From Acinetobacter sp. ANC 4169 (GTDB taxonomy: Bacteria > Pseudomonadota > Gammaproteobacteria > Pseudomonadales > Moraxellaceae): DNA of 40,000 bases. This document shows, piece after piece, positions 1-9,217 of this stretch; position 1 is the first letter of the stretch; each line of letters starts with the position of its first letter. Location: the NCBI RefSeq assembly GCF_002135355.1, contig NZ_NEGE01000001.1:81764-121763 (forward strand), in the 5' to 3' direction. A program made the position numbers and the translations under genes. Below the pieces are notes generated by a model, which saw only the letters and a program-made list of their open reading frames with translations, made no database searches and had not been told where the DNA came from.

Positions 1-1
1 T

Positions 2-451
2 CTACGCAAAAATGCTTCACAAAAGGAACTGGTCTGGGTAGGACGCCTGATGGTTTTAGCCATTGCCGTTCTCGCCATTACGCTTGCAAGTAACCCGAAC
101 AGTAAAGTTTTAGGTCTGGTGGCTTATGCCTGGGCAGGATTTGGTGCTGCATTTGGTCCGCTGATCATCTTGTCTTTATTCTGGAAACGCATGACCTTAA
201 ACGGCGCAATTGCTGGAATTATTATCGGTGCCATGACGGTTATCTTGTGGAAAAACACTATGGCCAGTACGGGACTGTATGAGATTATTCCAGGCTTTAT
301 TCTGTCATTTGTCAGCATTGTCGTGGTGAGTTTACTGGAAAAAGCCCCCTCTCAGGACGTGATTCAGCGTTTTGAACAGGCAGATGAGTTGTATAAAAAA
401 GAAATGGCCGAACTGCAACATGGAATACCAACTCAACCTGAAAATTCTTGA
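2..451 (+). CDS. putP: sodium/proline symporter PutP, C-terminal ~150 aa (5' end lies outside the window)
   Basis: The frame is open from nt 2 (LRKNASQKELVWVGRLMVLAIAV...), so the listed ATG at 50 is internal. GLVAYAWAGFGAAFGP...GLYEIIPGF...EKAPS is colinear with the C-terminus of E. coli PutP as I recall it. A hairpin terminator follows. Confidence 0.9.
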   Translation, partial: LRKNASQKELVWVGRLMVLAIAVLAITLASNPNSKVLGLVAYAWAGFGAAFGPLIILSLFWKRMTLNGAIAGIIIGAMTVILWKNTMASTGLYEIIPGFILSFVSIVVVSLLEKAPSQDVIQRFEQADELYKKEMAELQHGIPTQPENS

Positions 452-491
452 TAAATTGCGGATGAACTGTATCAAAATTTGAATGCGATAT

Positions 492-520
492 AAGGGGCTT
501 ATGCCCCTTTGTTTTATTTT
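492..520. terminator. bidirectional rho-independent terminator (putP / lrp-type gene)
   Basis: Stem AAGGGGC (492-498), loop TTAT, stem GCCCCTT (503-509), then a T-rich run. It overlaps the stop codon of the convergent 514..1005 ORF. Confidence 0.7.
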
Positions 521-1005
521 TGCCCTTTGCTTTTCAGATATATCTTTGAACTTTCTTTAATCACTTCCATTACCGGATAACTGCGTGTTTCTTTTATCCC
601 AGGCAATTGCCACAACACCTGGCCGGAAATTCTGCGGAATTCTTCCATATTGGCGCAGCGGATTTTCACCACAAAATCAAACCCGCCGCTGATCATATGA
701 CATTCCACAATTTCAGGATATTGCATGATTGCATCGGAAAATTCTTCCAAAACATTGGGTGTGGTTTTATCCAGTAAAATTTCTACAAACACCACAAAAC
801 TGGCATTCAGCATGTCAGGATTCAGCTTGGCTTCATAGCCTAAAATAAAACCGTCTTTGGCTAATTTTTGCACCCGCGCCAGTGCTGCAGTGGCTGATAA
901 ATTGACTGCTTCAGCCAGTTTGATATTTGAAATTCGTCCATCATTTTGCAGAATATCTAAAATTTTGATATCCGTTCTGTCCAAAGTAAAAATCGGGCTC
1001 GTCAT
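514..1005 (-). CDS. Lrp/AsnC-family transcriptional regulator (PutR-like by position)
   Basis: 163 aa. N-terminal HTH DRTDIKILDILQNDGRISNIKLAEAVNLSATAALARVQKL plus a C-terminal AsnC-type ligand domain. Divergent from putA across a 118-bp spacer. Confidence 0.88.
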   Translation of the reverse strand: MTSPIFTLDRTDIKILDILQNDGRISNIKLAEAVNLSATAALARVQKLAKDGFILGYEAKLNPDMLNASFVVFVEILLDKTTPNVLEEFSDAIMQYPEIVECHMISGGFDFVVKIRCANMEEFRRISGQVLWQLPGIKETRSYPVMEVIKESSKIYLKSKGQK

Positions 1006-1123
1006 CTGAATTATTCTCTAAAATGAATAAAAATTATAGTGAGTTATTCGGCATCCTTTCTGTAATCATAAATTATATAAGGTATTTGACTCAACAAAAA
1101 ATTGGCAGTCACAGGACGTTGGC

Positions 1124-4100
1124 ATGAATATGATGGATACAGAAACCCGCTTCGACGAAGCTAAACCTCACTTTGAATACATTACTGAATTCAAAGAAAA
1201 GAATGATTATGAAGTTGAGGTTAATACTGCCTGGCGCCGTGCTGAACCCGAGTGTGTTGAAAACCTGCTTGAATATAGCCAGATTTCTGAACAACTGAAT
1301 CAACGTATTTATGATCTGGCTTTTAACTTGGCTCACACATTGCGTGAACGTAAAAGCTCGAATGGTAAAGCCGGGATCGTTCAGGGTTTATTGCAAGAAT
1401 TTTCATTGTCTTCGCAAGAAGGCATTGCGCTAATGTGTCTGGCCGAAGCCTTGCTTCGAATTCCAGACAGTGCCACTCGTGACCTGTTGATTCGCGACAA
1501 AATTAATCAGGGCAACTGGAAAGAACATGTCGGGCAAAGTAGCCTGATGTTCGTCAACGCTGCGGCTTGGGGCCTCATGCTGACCGGCAAACTGATGGAA
1601 ACGCCAAAACAGAAAAGTTTATCCAGTGTACTGACCGGGCTGTTAGCACGTAGTGGTCGCGGTATTATCCGTAAAGCGGTAGATGTGGCAATGCGGATGA
1701 TGGGTGAACAGTTCGTTACTGGTGAAACCATTCAAGAAGCGCTAGAACACGCAGAACCTTTAGAAGATAAAGGTTTCCGTTATTCTTATGACATGCTCGG
1801 TGAAGCGGCACTCACAGAATATGATGCTGAACGTTATTATCAAGATTATAGCAATGCCATCCATGCCATCGGTCAAGCTTCACAAGACAAAGATGTTTAT
1901 GAGGGCCCTGGCATTTCGATCAAGCTATCTGCCCTGCATCCGCGCTATCAACGTGCACAAATCAGCCGCGTGCATGACGAGCTATACCCTAAAGTCCTGC
2001 AATTGGCGGAACTGGCGAAACGCTACAATATTGGTTTAAACATTGATGCCGAAGAATCTGAGCGTCTGGAAATTTCCCTAGAATTATTAGAACGCCTGTG
2101 TTTTGAGCCTAGCCTTGCCGACTGGAAAGGTATTGGCTTTGTGATTCAGGCCTATCAGAAACGTTGTTTCAACGTGGTTGATTACGTGGTGGATTTAGCA
2201 AAACGCAGTCAAAAACGCTTGATGATTCGTCTGGTTAAAGGTGCTTACTGGGATAGCGAAATCAAGAAAGCCCAGATTGATGGCATGACCGATTATCCTG
2301 TGTTTACCCGTAAGGTGCATACCGATTTATCTTATATTGCCTGTGCCAAAAAACTCCTGGCTGCCCCACAGCAGATTTACCCGCAGTTTGCGACGCACAA
2401 TGCCCAGACCCTTGCCACGATTTACCATCTGGCCGATCCAGAGCAATACTACAGCGGTCAGTATGAATTCCAGTGTCTGCATGGCATGGGCGAACCACTG
2501 TATGAGCAGGTGGTTGGCGATAAAATGGATCACAAACTGGGCGTGCCTTGCCGTATTTATGCTCCAGTCGGTAACCATGAAACACTCCTGGCATATCTGG
2601 TAAGACGCTTACTGGAAAATGGTGCCAATACCTCTTTCGTGAATCGTATTGCGGATAAATCCTTAAAAATTGAAGATCTGATTGAAAATCCACACTCAGA
2701 AATTTTGAAAAATGCCGCCCAAGAATCACAGCTTGGTCAAAAGCACCCTGCTATTCCCTTGGCACCTGATTTGTACGGCGATACCCGTCCAAACTCGGCC
2801 GGTTTAGATTTAGCCAATGATCATGACCTGACCGACCTCAACCAGACTGCACACAACCTGAGTCAGCAGCAATGGCAAGCTCAGGCTTTGGGTCAAAACC
2901 TCAGTAGCGAAGATCATCTGACTGATGAAAACTCAGAATTCATCACCATTTTAAATCCTGCAAATCACTCTGATGTCGTCGGCTCTGTGCAAGAAGCAAC
3001 TGCTCTACAAGTGAATCTGGCATTAGATAATGCAGTCGGTGCCCAAGCCGAATGGACAAATACGCCAAAAAATATACGTGCCGCTTGTTTGCAACGCGCT
3101 GCAGATATTATGCAATCGCGTTTACAAGAATTGATGATTCTATTGTGCCGTGAAAGTGGCAAAACCTATGCCAATGCCATTGCAGAAGTTCGTGAAGCTG
3201 TCGATTTCCTGCGTTATTACGCTGCGCAAATGATCGATCTGGATGATGACGCCGTGATTCAACCCTTGGGCACGGTGTTATGTATCAGTCCGTGGAACTT
3301 CCCTTTGGCTATTTTCACTGGACAGATTGCAGCGGCGCTGGTTGCCGGAAATACCGTACTTGCAAAACCAGCTGAGCAGACACCGCTAATTGCCGCACAA
3401 GCCATCCAAATCTTATGGCAAGCCGGTATTCCTCAAGATGTACTGCAACTGCTTCCCGGACAAGGTGAAACCGTCGGTGCACAATTAAGTGAGGATGCGC
3501 GTATTCAGGGGATCATGTTTACCGGTTCAACCGATGTGGCTAAAATTTTGCAAAAGACCCTTGCGCAACGACTCAGCACTTCGGGTCAACCGATTCCTTT
3601 GATCGCAGAAACGGGCGGTCAAAACGCCATGATTGTGGATTCATCCGCATTGACTGAACAAGTGATTCTAGATGTGGTGAGTTCGGCTTATGATAGCGCC
3701 GGGCAACGTTGCTCTGCCTTACGTGTGCTCTGCGTGCAGGAAGATAATGCAGATAGTGTCATCAATATGCTAAAAGGCGCGATGCAACAACTGCGTGTCG
3801 GTAATCCATTACTGTTAAAAACCGATATCGGCCCGGTGATTGATCTTGAAGCGCAAAGCAATATTCAAAAACATATTGATCAAATGCGCAGTAAAGGTCA
3901 TCCCGTCCATCAATTGATGCTGAATGCAACACAGGATCCATCTTTAACAGAAGGCACTTTTATTCCGCCTACTTTAATTGAATTACCAAATCTGGATGAT
4001 TTGCAGCGAGAAGTGTTTGGTCCGGTCTTGCATGTGATTCGCTATAAATACGGTCAATTAGAACAGCTACTTGAACAGATCAATGCCAAAGGTTATGGAC

Positions 4101-4894
4101 TCACCATGGGACTGCATACCCGTATTGATGAAACCATCCAGACCGTGATTGCACATGCCGAAGTCGGTAACTTATACATCAACCGTAATATTGTCGGTGC
4201 AGTGGTCGGCGTTCAGCCCTTTGGCGGTGAAGGCTTATCCGGTACCGGACCTAAAGCAGGCGGTCCGATCTATCTATACCGTTTGATGCAGCACTGTTCA
4301 GCAAAAAAACTGGCTCAGCCTTTTGCAACTCAGGCACAAGCCACACAGCCAGCACATCAGCCTTTATACGAGATTTTTTATACTTGGGCTGAAAAAACTT
4401 TTCCTCAATATCATTTAAAACCTTGCCCTGATTTTTGTTCTGGTCATCATTATGAATTGCAAGGGCCGACCGGTGAAAGCAATCAATACCTGGTGTTACC
4501 AAGAAAACATGTGCTTTCTTTAGCCGATCAGGAACAGGATCAAATTCAGCAATTGGCTGCAATTTTTGCGGTCGGCAGTCAGCCTGTGGTGCTGACTGAA
4601 AATACTTTTGTGCTCAAATGTCTACCTCAAATGCCGAAAGAAATTGCTGATCGTTTTGCCGTGATCCAGAACATTGAAACCGGTGATTTTGATGCAGTGT
4701 TACATCACGGCACCAAAGCCCAACTGCAAAAGTTGCAACATCAGATTGCTGCACGTTCAGGTGCGATTATTGGCATCACCCATTTGCAACCGCTTGACTA
4801 CGATATTCCTTTAGAGCGTTTGGTTATTGAGCGTGCCATCAGCATTAATACCGCGGCCGCAGGAGGAAATGCCAGCCTGATGACTTTAACTTAA
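1124..4894 (+). CDS. putA: bifunctional proline dehydrogenase / L-glutamate-gamma-semialdehyde (P5C) dehydrogenase PutA
   Basis: 1256 aa. Long colinear identity with E. coli PutA (GIVQGLLQEFSLSSQEGIALMCLAEALLRIPD, FRYSYDMLGEAALT, GPGISIKLSALHPRY, LMIRLVKGAYWDSEIK, YEFQCLHGMGEPLYEQV, LVRRLLENGANTSFVNRIAD). The aldehyde dehydrogenase half carries ETGGQNA and GQRCSA. Confidence 0.97.
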   Translation: MNMMDTETRFDEAKPHFEYITEFKEKNDYEVEVNTAWRRAEPECVENLLEYSQISEQLNQRIYDLAFNLAHTLRERKSSNGKAGIVQGLLQEFSLSSQEGIALMCLAEALLRIPDSATRDLLIRDKINQGNWKEHVGQSSLMFVNAAAWGLMLTGKLMETPKQKSLSSVLTGLLARSGRGIIRKAVDVAMRMMGEQFVTGETIQEALEHAEPLEDKGFRYSYDMLGEAALTEYDAERYYQDYSNAIHAIGQASQDKDVYEGPGISIKLSALHPRYQRAQISRVHDELYPKVLQLAELAKRYNIGLNIDAEESERLEISLELLERLCFEPSLADWKGIGFVIQAYQKRCFNVVDYVVDLAKRSQKRLMIRLVKGAYWDSEIKKAQIDGMTDYPVFTRKVHTDLSYIACAKKLLAAPQQIYPQFATHNAQTLATIYHLADPEQYYSGQYEFQCLHGMGEPLYEQVVGDKMDHKLGVPCRIYAPVGNHETLLAYLVRRLLENGANTSFVNRIADKSLKIEDLIENPHSEILKNAAQESQLGQKHPAIPLAPDLYGDTRPNSAGLDLANDHDLTDLNQTAHNLSQQQWQAQALGQNLSSEDHLTDENSEFITILNPANHSDVVGSVQEATALQVNLALDNAVGAQAEWTNTPKNIRAACLQRAADIMQSRLQELMILLCRESGKTYANAIAEVREAVDFLRYYAAQMIDLDDDAVIQPLGTVLCISPWNFPLAIFTGQIAAALVAGNTVLAKPAEQTPLIAAQAIQILWQAGIPQDVLQLLPGQGETVGAQLSEDARIQGIMFTGSTDVAKILQKTLAQRLSTSGQPIPLIAETGGQNAMIVDSSALTEQVILDVVSSAYDSAGQRCSALRVLCVQEDNADSVINMLKGAMQQLRVGNPLLLKTDIGPVIDLEAQSNIQKHIDQMRSKGHPVHQLMLNATQDPSLTEGTFIPPTLIELPNLDDLQREVFGPVLHVIRYKYGQLEQLLEQINAKGYGLTMGLHTRIDETIQTVIAHAEVGNLYINRNIVGAVVGVQPFGGEGLSGTGPKAGGPIYLYRLMQHCSAKKLAQPFATQAQATQPAHQPLYEIFYTWAEKTFPQYHLKPCPDFCSGHHYELQGPTGESNQYLVLPRKHVLSLADQEQDQIQQLAAIFAVGSQPVVLTENTFVLKCLPQMPKEIADRFAVIQNIETGDFDAVLHHGTKAQLQKLQHQIAARSGAIIGITHLQPLDYDIPLERLVIERAISINTAAAGGNASLMTLT

Positions 4895-4954
4895 AGCTAA
4901 ATCTAAAAGCTGAATTTCTGCGCTTAATCCTATAACTCAATGTTTTTCCTCTTT

Positions 4955-4998
4955 ACCAAGTCAACTTCTCCCTGGTCTGGTTGACTTGGTTTCTTTTT
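4955..4998 (+). terminator. putA rho-independent terminator
   Basis: Perfect 11-bp stem ACCAAGTCAAC (4955-4965) / GTTGACTTGGT (4980-4990), followed by TTCTTTTT. Confidence 0.75.
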
Positions 4999-5196
4999 GA
5001 TTCCGAAACCGTTCTAACACTGCTGATTTTTGTCTTTTAATCAACCTCCGCCTTGTTCATACGCAAGATCAAAAAACATATTTGAATTTAAGTTCAAACT
5101 GTATATTTCTGCTGCTTATTGGGGAATAAGTTTAGTCATCTGATGCAAACTTTGTTACCATCCCTGTTTTCAATGTGTTTGTGATTTTTACTGCAT

Positions 5197-6279
5197 ATGA
5201 CTTCAGCTTATCAGTTACAACTTGATGCCAAGATTGCACGTATTTCTGCTCAATTTGCCGAGTTTAATCCTCCTTCTTTAGAAGTATTTCCGTCGCCTGA
5301 ACAAAACTTCCGTATGCGCGCAGAATTCCGTATTTGGCATACTGATGACGATATGTTCTATGCGATGTTTGAACGCAGTGAAGATCAGCAAAAACAGGTC
5401 ATTCGCATTGACGAATTCCCGATTGCGGATAAAAGCATTAATCAGCTGATGCCAATTTTGCTGCAAGAACTCAAAAGCAATGCGGTATTGTCTAAACGCT
5501 TGTTTGAAGTTCACTTTTTGGCGACATTAAAAGGGGAAATGCTGGTTTCATTGGTTTATCGCTGTCCGCTGGATGCCGAATGGGAAAGCTTGGCAAAACA
5601 GCTGGCTGAAAAACTGAATATCAAAATAATTGGTCGTAGCCGCGGTCAGAAAGTAGTACTCAGTGATGAATTTGTAGTAGAAGAATTGCAAGTATTTGAT
5701 CGTACGTATCAATATAAGCAAATTGAAAGCAGCTTTACCCAGCCGAATGCTCAAGTCTGCCAAAAAATGCTGGAATGGGCATGCAATGCTGCTGAACAGT
5801 CCGATAAAGACTTACTGGAATTGTACTGTGGCAATGGTAATTTCACCCTACCGCTGTCCACCAAGTTCAAGCGCGTACTGGCTACTGAACTGGCCAAATC
5901 ATCTGTTTATGCAGCACAGTGGAATATTGAACAAAACCAGATTGATAATATTCAGGTAGCACGTTTATCGGCTGAAGAATTTACTGAGGCCTATAATGGT
6001 GAGCGTGAATTCCGCCGTTTGCAGGAAGCAGAAATCGATATCTCCAGTTATGATTTTGATACGGTATTTGTCGATCCGCCGCGTGCAGGTATTGATGATG
6101 AAACGTTAAAACTGATCCAACGTTTTGAACGCATCATTTATATTTCGTGTAATCCGGATACTTTAGAGGACAATTTGAAGACCTTATCAACCACGCATAA
6201 AATTACCAAATTTGCGATGTTTGACCAGTTTCCTTATACCCATCACGTCGAATCAGGTGTACTCTTGGAAAAGATTTAA
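5197..6279 (+). CDS. trmA: tRNA (uracil54-C5)-methyltransferase TrmA
   Basis: 360 aa, colinear with E. coli TrmA ([67 protein letters not shown]). Confidence 0.96.
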   Translation: MTSAYQLQLDAKIARISAQFAEFNPPSLEVFPSPEQNFRMRAEFRIWHTDDDMFYAMFERSEDQQKQVIRIDEFPIADKSINQLMPILLQELKSNAVLSKRLFEVHFLATLKGEMLVSLVYRCPLDAEWESLAKQLAEKLNIKIIGRSRGQKVVLSDEFVVEELQVFDRTYQYKQIESSFTQPNAQVCQKMLEWACNAAEQSDKDLLELYCGNGNFTLPLSTKFKRVLATELAKSSVYAAQWNIEQNQIDNIQVARLSAEEFTEAYNGEREFRRLQEAEIDISSYDFDTVFVDPPRAGIDDETLKLIQRFERIIYISCNPDTLEDNLKTLSTTHKITKFAMFDQFPYTHHVESGVLLEKI

Positions 6280-6321
6280 ACAATTTATTTCATTGTAAAG
6301 TCTGAATCTGTTTTTACCTCA

Positions 6322-6348
6322 ATGAAGCTCAACTGAGCTTCATTTTTA
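6322..6348 (+). terminator. trmA terminator
   Basis: Stem ATGAAGCTC / GAGCTTCAT with loop AACT, then TTTTT. Confidence 0.7.
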
Positions 6349-6530
6349 TTTCATTGAAAATAAATCATTTATAAATAATTCCGAATAGTAAATCTCATAA
6401 TATCGTTAAAGTGTTCGGTTATTATCGGAAAATTAAAGGCTCAATTGCTCTTTTTATGGCTTTAGCAGGCTTGTATTATTCAAAAATTTGGATATATTTC
6501 GATCTATATTAGGTTGCATATGAAGGCTCT

Positions 6531-6761
6531 ATGAGTTTTTGGCAAAAGCTGTTTTCTGCTAATCAACAGCAAAACGAACACAAGAATCAAATCACTTGTG
6601 TCGAAAATGATTGCTCTTGTAAATCGAATGAACAATTGATCGAGGCTTTAGCTAAAGCTTCAGATGAAAAAGTCATCATTGGAATTAAAAAGGTTTTAGC
6701 TTCACGAGGTTATAGCCGTAAAGAGTTAAATGAATTACAGCATCTACCACTGCAACAGTAG
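6531..6761 (+). CDS. hypothetical small protein (76 aa)
   Basis: GAAGG lies a few nt upstream of the ATG, and a strong terminator follows directly. I recognise no family. There is a Cys cluster, CVENDCSC. Confidence 0.45.
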   Translation: MSFWQKLFSANQQQNEHKNQITCVENDCSCKSNEQLIEALAKASDEKVIIGIKKVLASRGYSRKELNELQHLPLQQ

Positions 6762-6780
6762 AGTCTAAACCCTCTAAATA

Positions 6781-6811
6781 AAGGCATTTAGTTCACTAAA
6801 TGCCTTTTTTA
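6781..6811 (+). terminator. rho-independent terminator after the 76-aa ORF
   Basis: Perfect 10-bp stem AAGGCATTTA / TAAATGCCTT with loop GTTCAC, then TTTTTT. Confidence 0.75.
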
Positions 6812-7022
6812 TTGGTTCATAAAAACGGTTTATTTCCAGATATTTCTAGATTTTAATACTTCGAAACATAGTTCTCGCAATTCATCCAAAATTTGCTATT
6901 CCGCACATTTTAAAAGTGCTCTACTAAACATATAAACACCAATAGATAAGTAAGAAAGTAAGAATAAAAGATAAAAAAACAACAAAAGTAAAAAATAACA
7001 ATAAGCCTAAAAAGGAAAATAT

Positions 7023-8267
7023 ATGCAACCGTATTATCCTAGACTGGCAATATTATGCAGCCTAATCTCCAGCCATAGTCTGGCGGCAGCCATGGACCAA
7101 TCAGGACAATCTGTGCTGCCTTTTCTTGAAACCGGGCATTATTTTGAAGCCACGATTACTGCTGCCGATCCTGAAGTGTCGGGTCATACCCTTGGTTCGC
7201 GCCCAGACCTGGTTAATTCTGACAGTACTGATTATACAACCGATAATATTGCCCAGAATTTCCAGTACCATAGTGCCGCACTGAAACTGCAATTCATTCC
7301 AAATTTCTCTTTTGGTATTCTTTATGATCAGCCATTTGGCTCGGATTTACACTATCCATTAAAAGACAATGGCAGTTTCTCCGATACGGCACTGAGCCAG
7401 CAAGGCACTCAGGTCAACATTGACAGCCAGAATCTGAGTCTGATTTTAGGCTACCAACCTGTCAAAAATATAAATCTATATGCAGGCCCTGCCTATCAAA
7501 CCGTTCAAGGTGATGTGGCACTGCGTGGACGGGTATATGCTGAATTTAATGGTTATAACGCCAAGTTTAAACAAGACGCTGCGCTCGGTTGGAAAGCCGG
7601 TTTTGCCTATCAGCTTCCCGAGCTAGCCTTAAAAGCCGCATTGACCTATCACTCTAAAATTAATCACAAAATCAATGTGGAAGAAAACATTTTGGGCACG
7701 CCTCTCCTACTCACAGACAATGCCAAAACCAAAGTTTCTACCCCTCAATCGGTCAATCTGGATTTTCAGACCGGTATTATGAGCGGAACTTTACTGTACT
7801 CGAGCATTCGATGGGTCAACTGGAAAGACTTTATCATTCGTCCTACCCAGTTCGGCGCATTGTCAGAACTTGCCACCACTGCACTCAGTAACGGCACTTA
7901 TACTGAAGGCTTTAATCTGGATGATTATCAAAAGAACCAATGGAGTGCAACCTTAGGCATTGCAAGGCAACTGACCACAAAATGGTCTGCTGCATTTGAT
8001 CTCGGTTGGGATTCAGGCACAGGTAATCCTGCATCAATTTTAAATCCTACCAAAGGTTACTGGAGTATAGGCTTGGGGCTACAGTTTAATCCCGAAGCAA
8101 ACTATTTTATTTCAGGCGGAATTAAATACTATTGGCTCGGTGATGCAACTGCGCAGGATGGCACTTATTATCTCCCACTTCCCGGCGTGTCTGAAGCATC
8201 ACAAGTCGGGCAATTTAATAATAACCATGCTATAGGCTATGGTTTAAAAATTGGCTACAAGTTTTAG
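7023..8267 (+). CDS. outer-membrane transport protein, OmpP1/FadL/TodX family
   Basis: 414 aa with a signal peptide (..SSHSLAAA). Block-wise similarity to E. coli FadL (DPEVSG, DNIAQNF, LGWKAGFAYQL..ALTYHS, WSATLGIARQL). The beta-barrel ends ...GYGLKIGYKF with the typical terminal Phe. Confidence 0.8.
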   Translation: MQPYYPRLAILCSLISSHSLAAAMDQSGQSVLPFLETGHYFEATITAADPEVSGHTLGSRPDLVNSDSTDYTTDNIAQNFQYHSAALKLQFIPNFSFGILYDQPFGSDLHYPLKDNGSFSDTALSQQGTQVNIDSQNLSLILGYQPVKNINLYAGPAYQTVQGDVALRGRVYAEFNGYNAKFKQDAALGWKAGFAYQLPELALKAALTYHSKINHKINVEENILGTPLLLTDNAKTKVSTPQSVNLDFQTGIMSGTLLYSSIRWVNWKDFIIRPTQFGALSELATTALSNGTYTEGFNLDDYQKNQWSATLGIARQLTTKWSAAFDLGWDSGTGNPASILNPTKGYWSIGLGLQFNPEANYFISGGIKYYWLGDATAQDGTYYLPLPGVSEASQVGQFNNNHAIGYGLKIGYKF

Positions 8268-8300
8268 TTGGTGAAGGTTTTTAATAGTGGCAATTTCAAT

Positions 8301-9059
8301 TCATTGCGTAGCACAGTTCTTTTGCTCGATATAGGCAACCATCGGTCCTAAATTAAAGAGCGAGTCGGAGCGCTTTAATTGTGGAATATAGGCACTTGAG
8401 ATGGAACCGTCCAGATACAGGGCATTTTGCACTTTAAGCTGCTGTTTAAAAAATTGCGCAAATTGATAAAAACTGACTGCATTTCGACTGATCACGAAAT
8501 ATAAGCTTTGATCTTTCATCCCTACACCATTACGGATTTTAAACGAGTCTGAATCTTTTAGAAAATTGGGATTCATCTGTCCATCAATCACCAGCATGGG
8601 TCCAGATTGCGTCGCGTATTCGGCATTAAAATTGAGCTTTTGATAATCTTTCGTTGTGACAATCAGGCTTTGCTTGGAATTCCAGGCCAGCACACCATTC
8701 GGTTGCAGATGAAAATTGCCATAGCCTTGTTTTAGCGTGTTAAGTTTTTGCTGTTGTTGAGATGCTTCTATATATAGGCCGACCGCAGAATAGTCTGCAT
8801 GATACATCCCGGCATTCATGGCAAAGAGCAGCTTTTCACATGCTTTTAGCTGCTTTGCCACAGCCTTGAATTTACGCAGTGGTTGATGGGTTTTGGCATC
8901 GTTTAAAAACAGGCGTAAGTTTTGTGGCTGATCTATTTTGACGATATCGACATCGAGCACATCATTCTGAAAATGCTTGCTTTCAACCTGTGCATAGCTG
9001 ATTGAGTTAAAGCAAAACACAGCAACGGCTACAGATTTAAAAAATACACTGCTCTTCAT
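8301..9059 (-). CDS. secreted phosphodiester glycosidase-like protein (DUF2233 family)
   Basis: 252 aa with a signal peptide. MNAGMY...GLYIE...GNFHLQPNGVLAW...QSGPMLV..G...RNGVGM...LYFVIS...ALYLDGSISS matches my memory of DUF2233/NAGPA-like proteins. Confidence 0.6.
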   Translation of the reverse strand: MKSSVFFKSVAVAVFCFNSISYAQVESKHFQNDVLDVDIVKIDQPQNLRLFLNDAKTHQPLRKFKAVAKQLKACEKLLFAMNAGMYHADYSAVGLYIEASQQQQKLNTLKQGYGNFHLQPNGVLAWNSKQSLIVTTKDYQKLNFNAEYATQSGPMLVIDGQMNPNFLKDSDSFKIRNGVGMKDQSLYFVISRNAVSFYQFAQFFKQQLKVQNALYLDGSISSAYIPQLKRSDSLFNLGPMVAYIEQKNCATQ

Positions 9060-9217
9060 GCCTTATCCCCATTCCTTGACTATTTTCAACATTTTATCCT
9101 GCACTATCGTTGTAAGATAAAAGACAATCGACTGAGTGAAATAGTCGATTCTTTTCTAAAGAAGCAGTAAACTGACTCACTAAAATATATTTGTAACTTT
9201 ATTGGTTAAACGTCTAC

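Noticed and set aside
1109-4562. Antisense or alternative-frame ORFs lie inside putA (for example 1109..1336-, 1507..1731-, 2304..2729-, 2327..2578-, 2337..2603+, 2965..3162-, 4251..4562-).
   Set aside because: They are fully embedded in a strongly supported 1256-aa gene, show no recognisable motifs and have odd composition. They are typical shadow ORFs. The same reasoning applies to the embedded ORFs in glnS, pgk, lpxD, recA, trmA, the aldolase gene and others.
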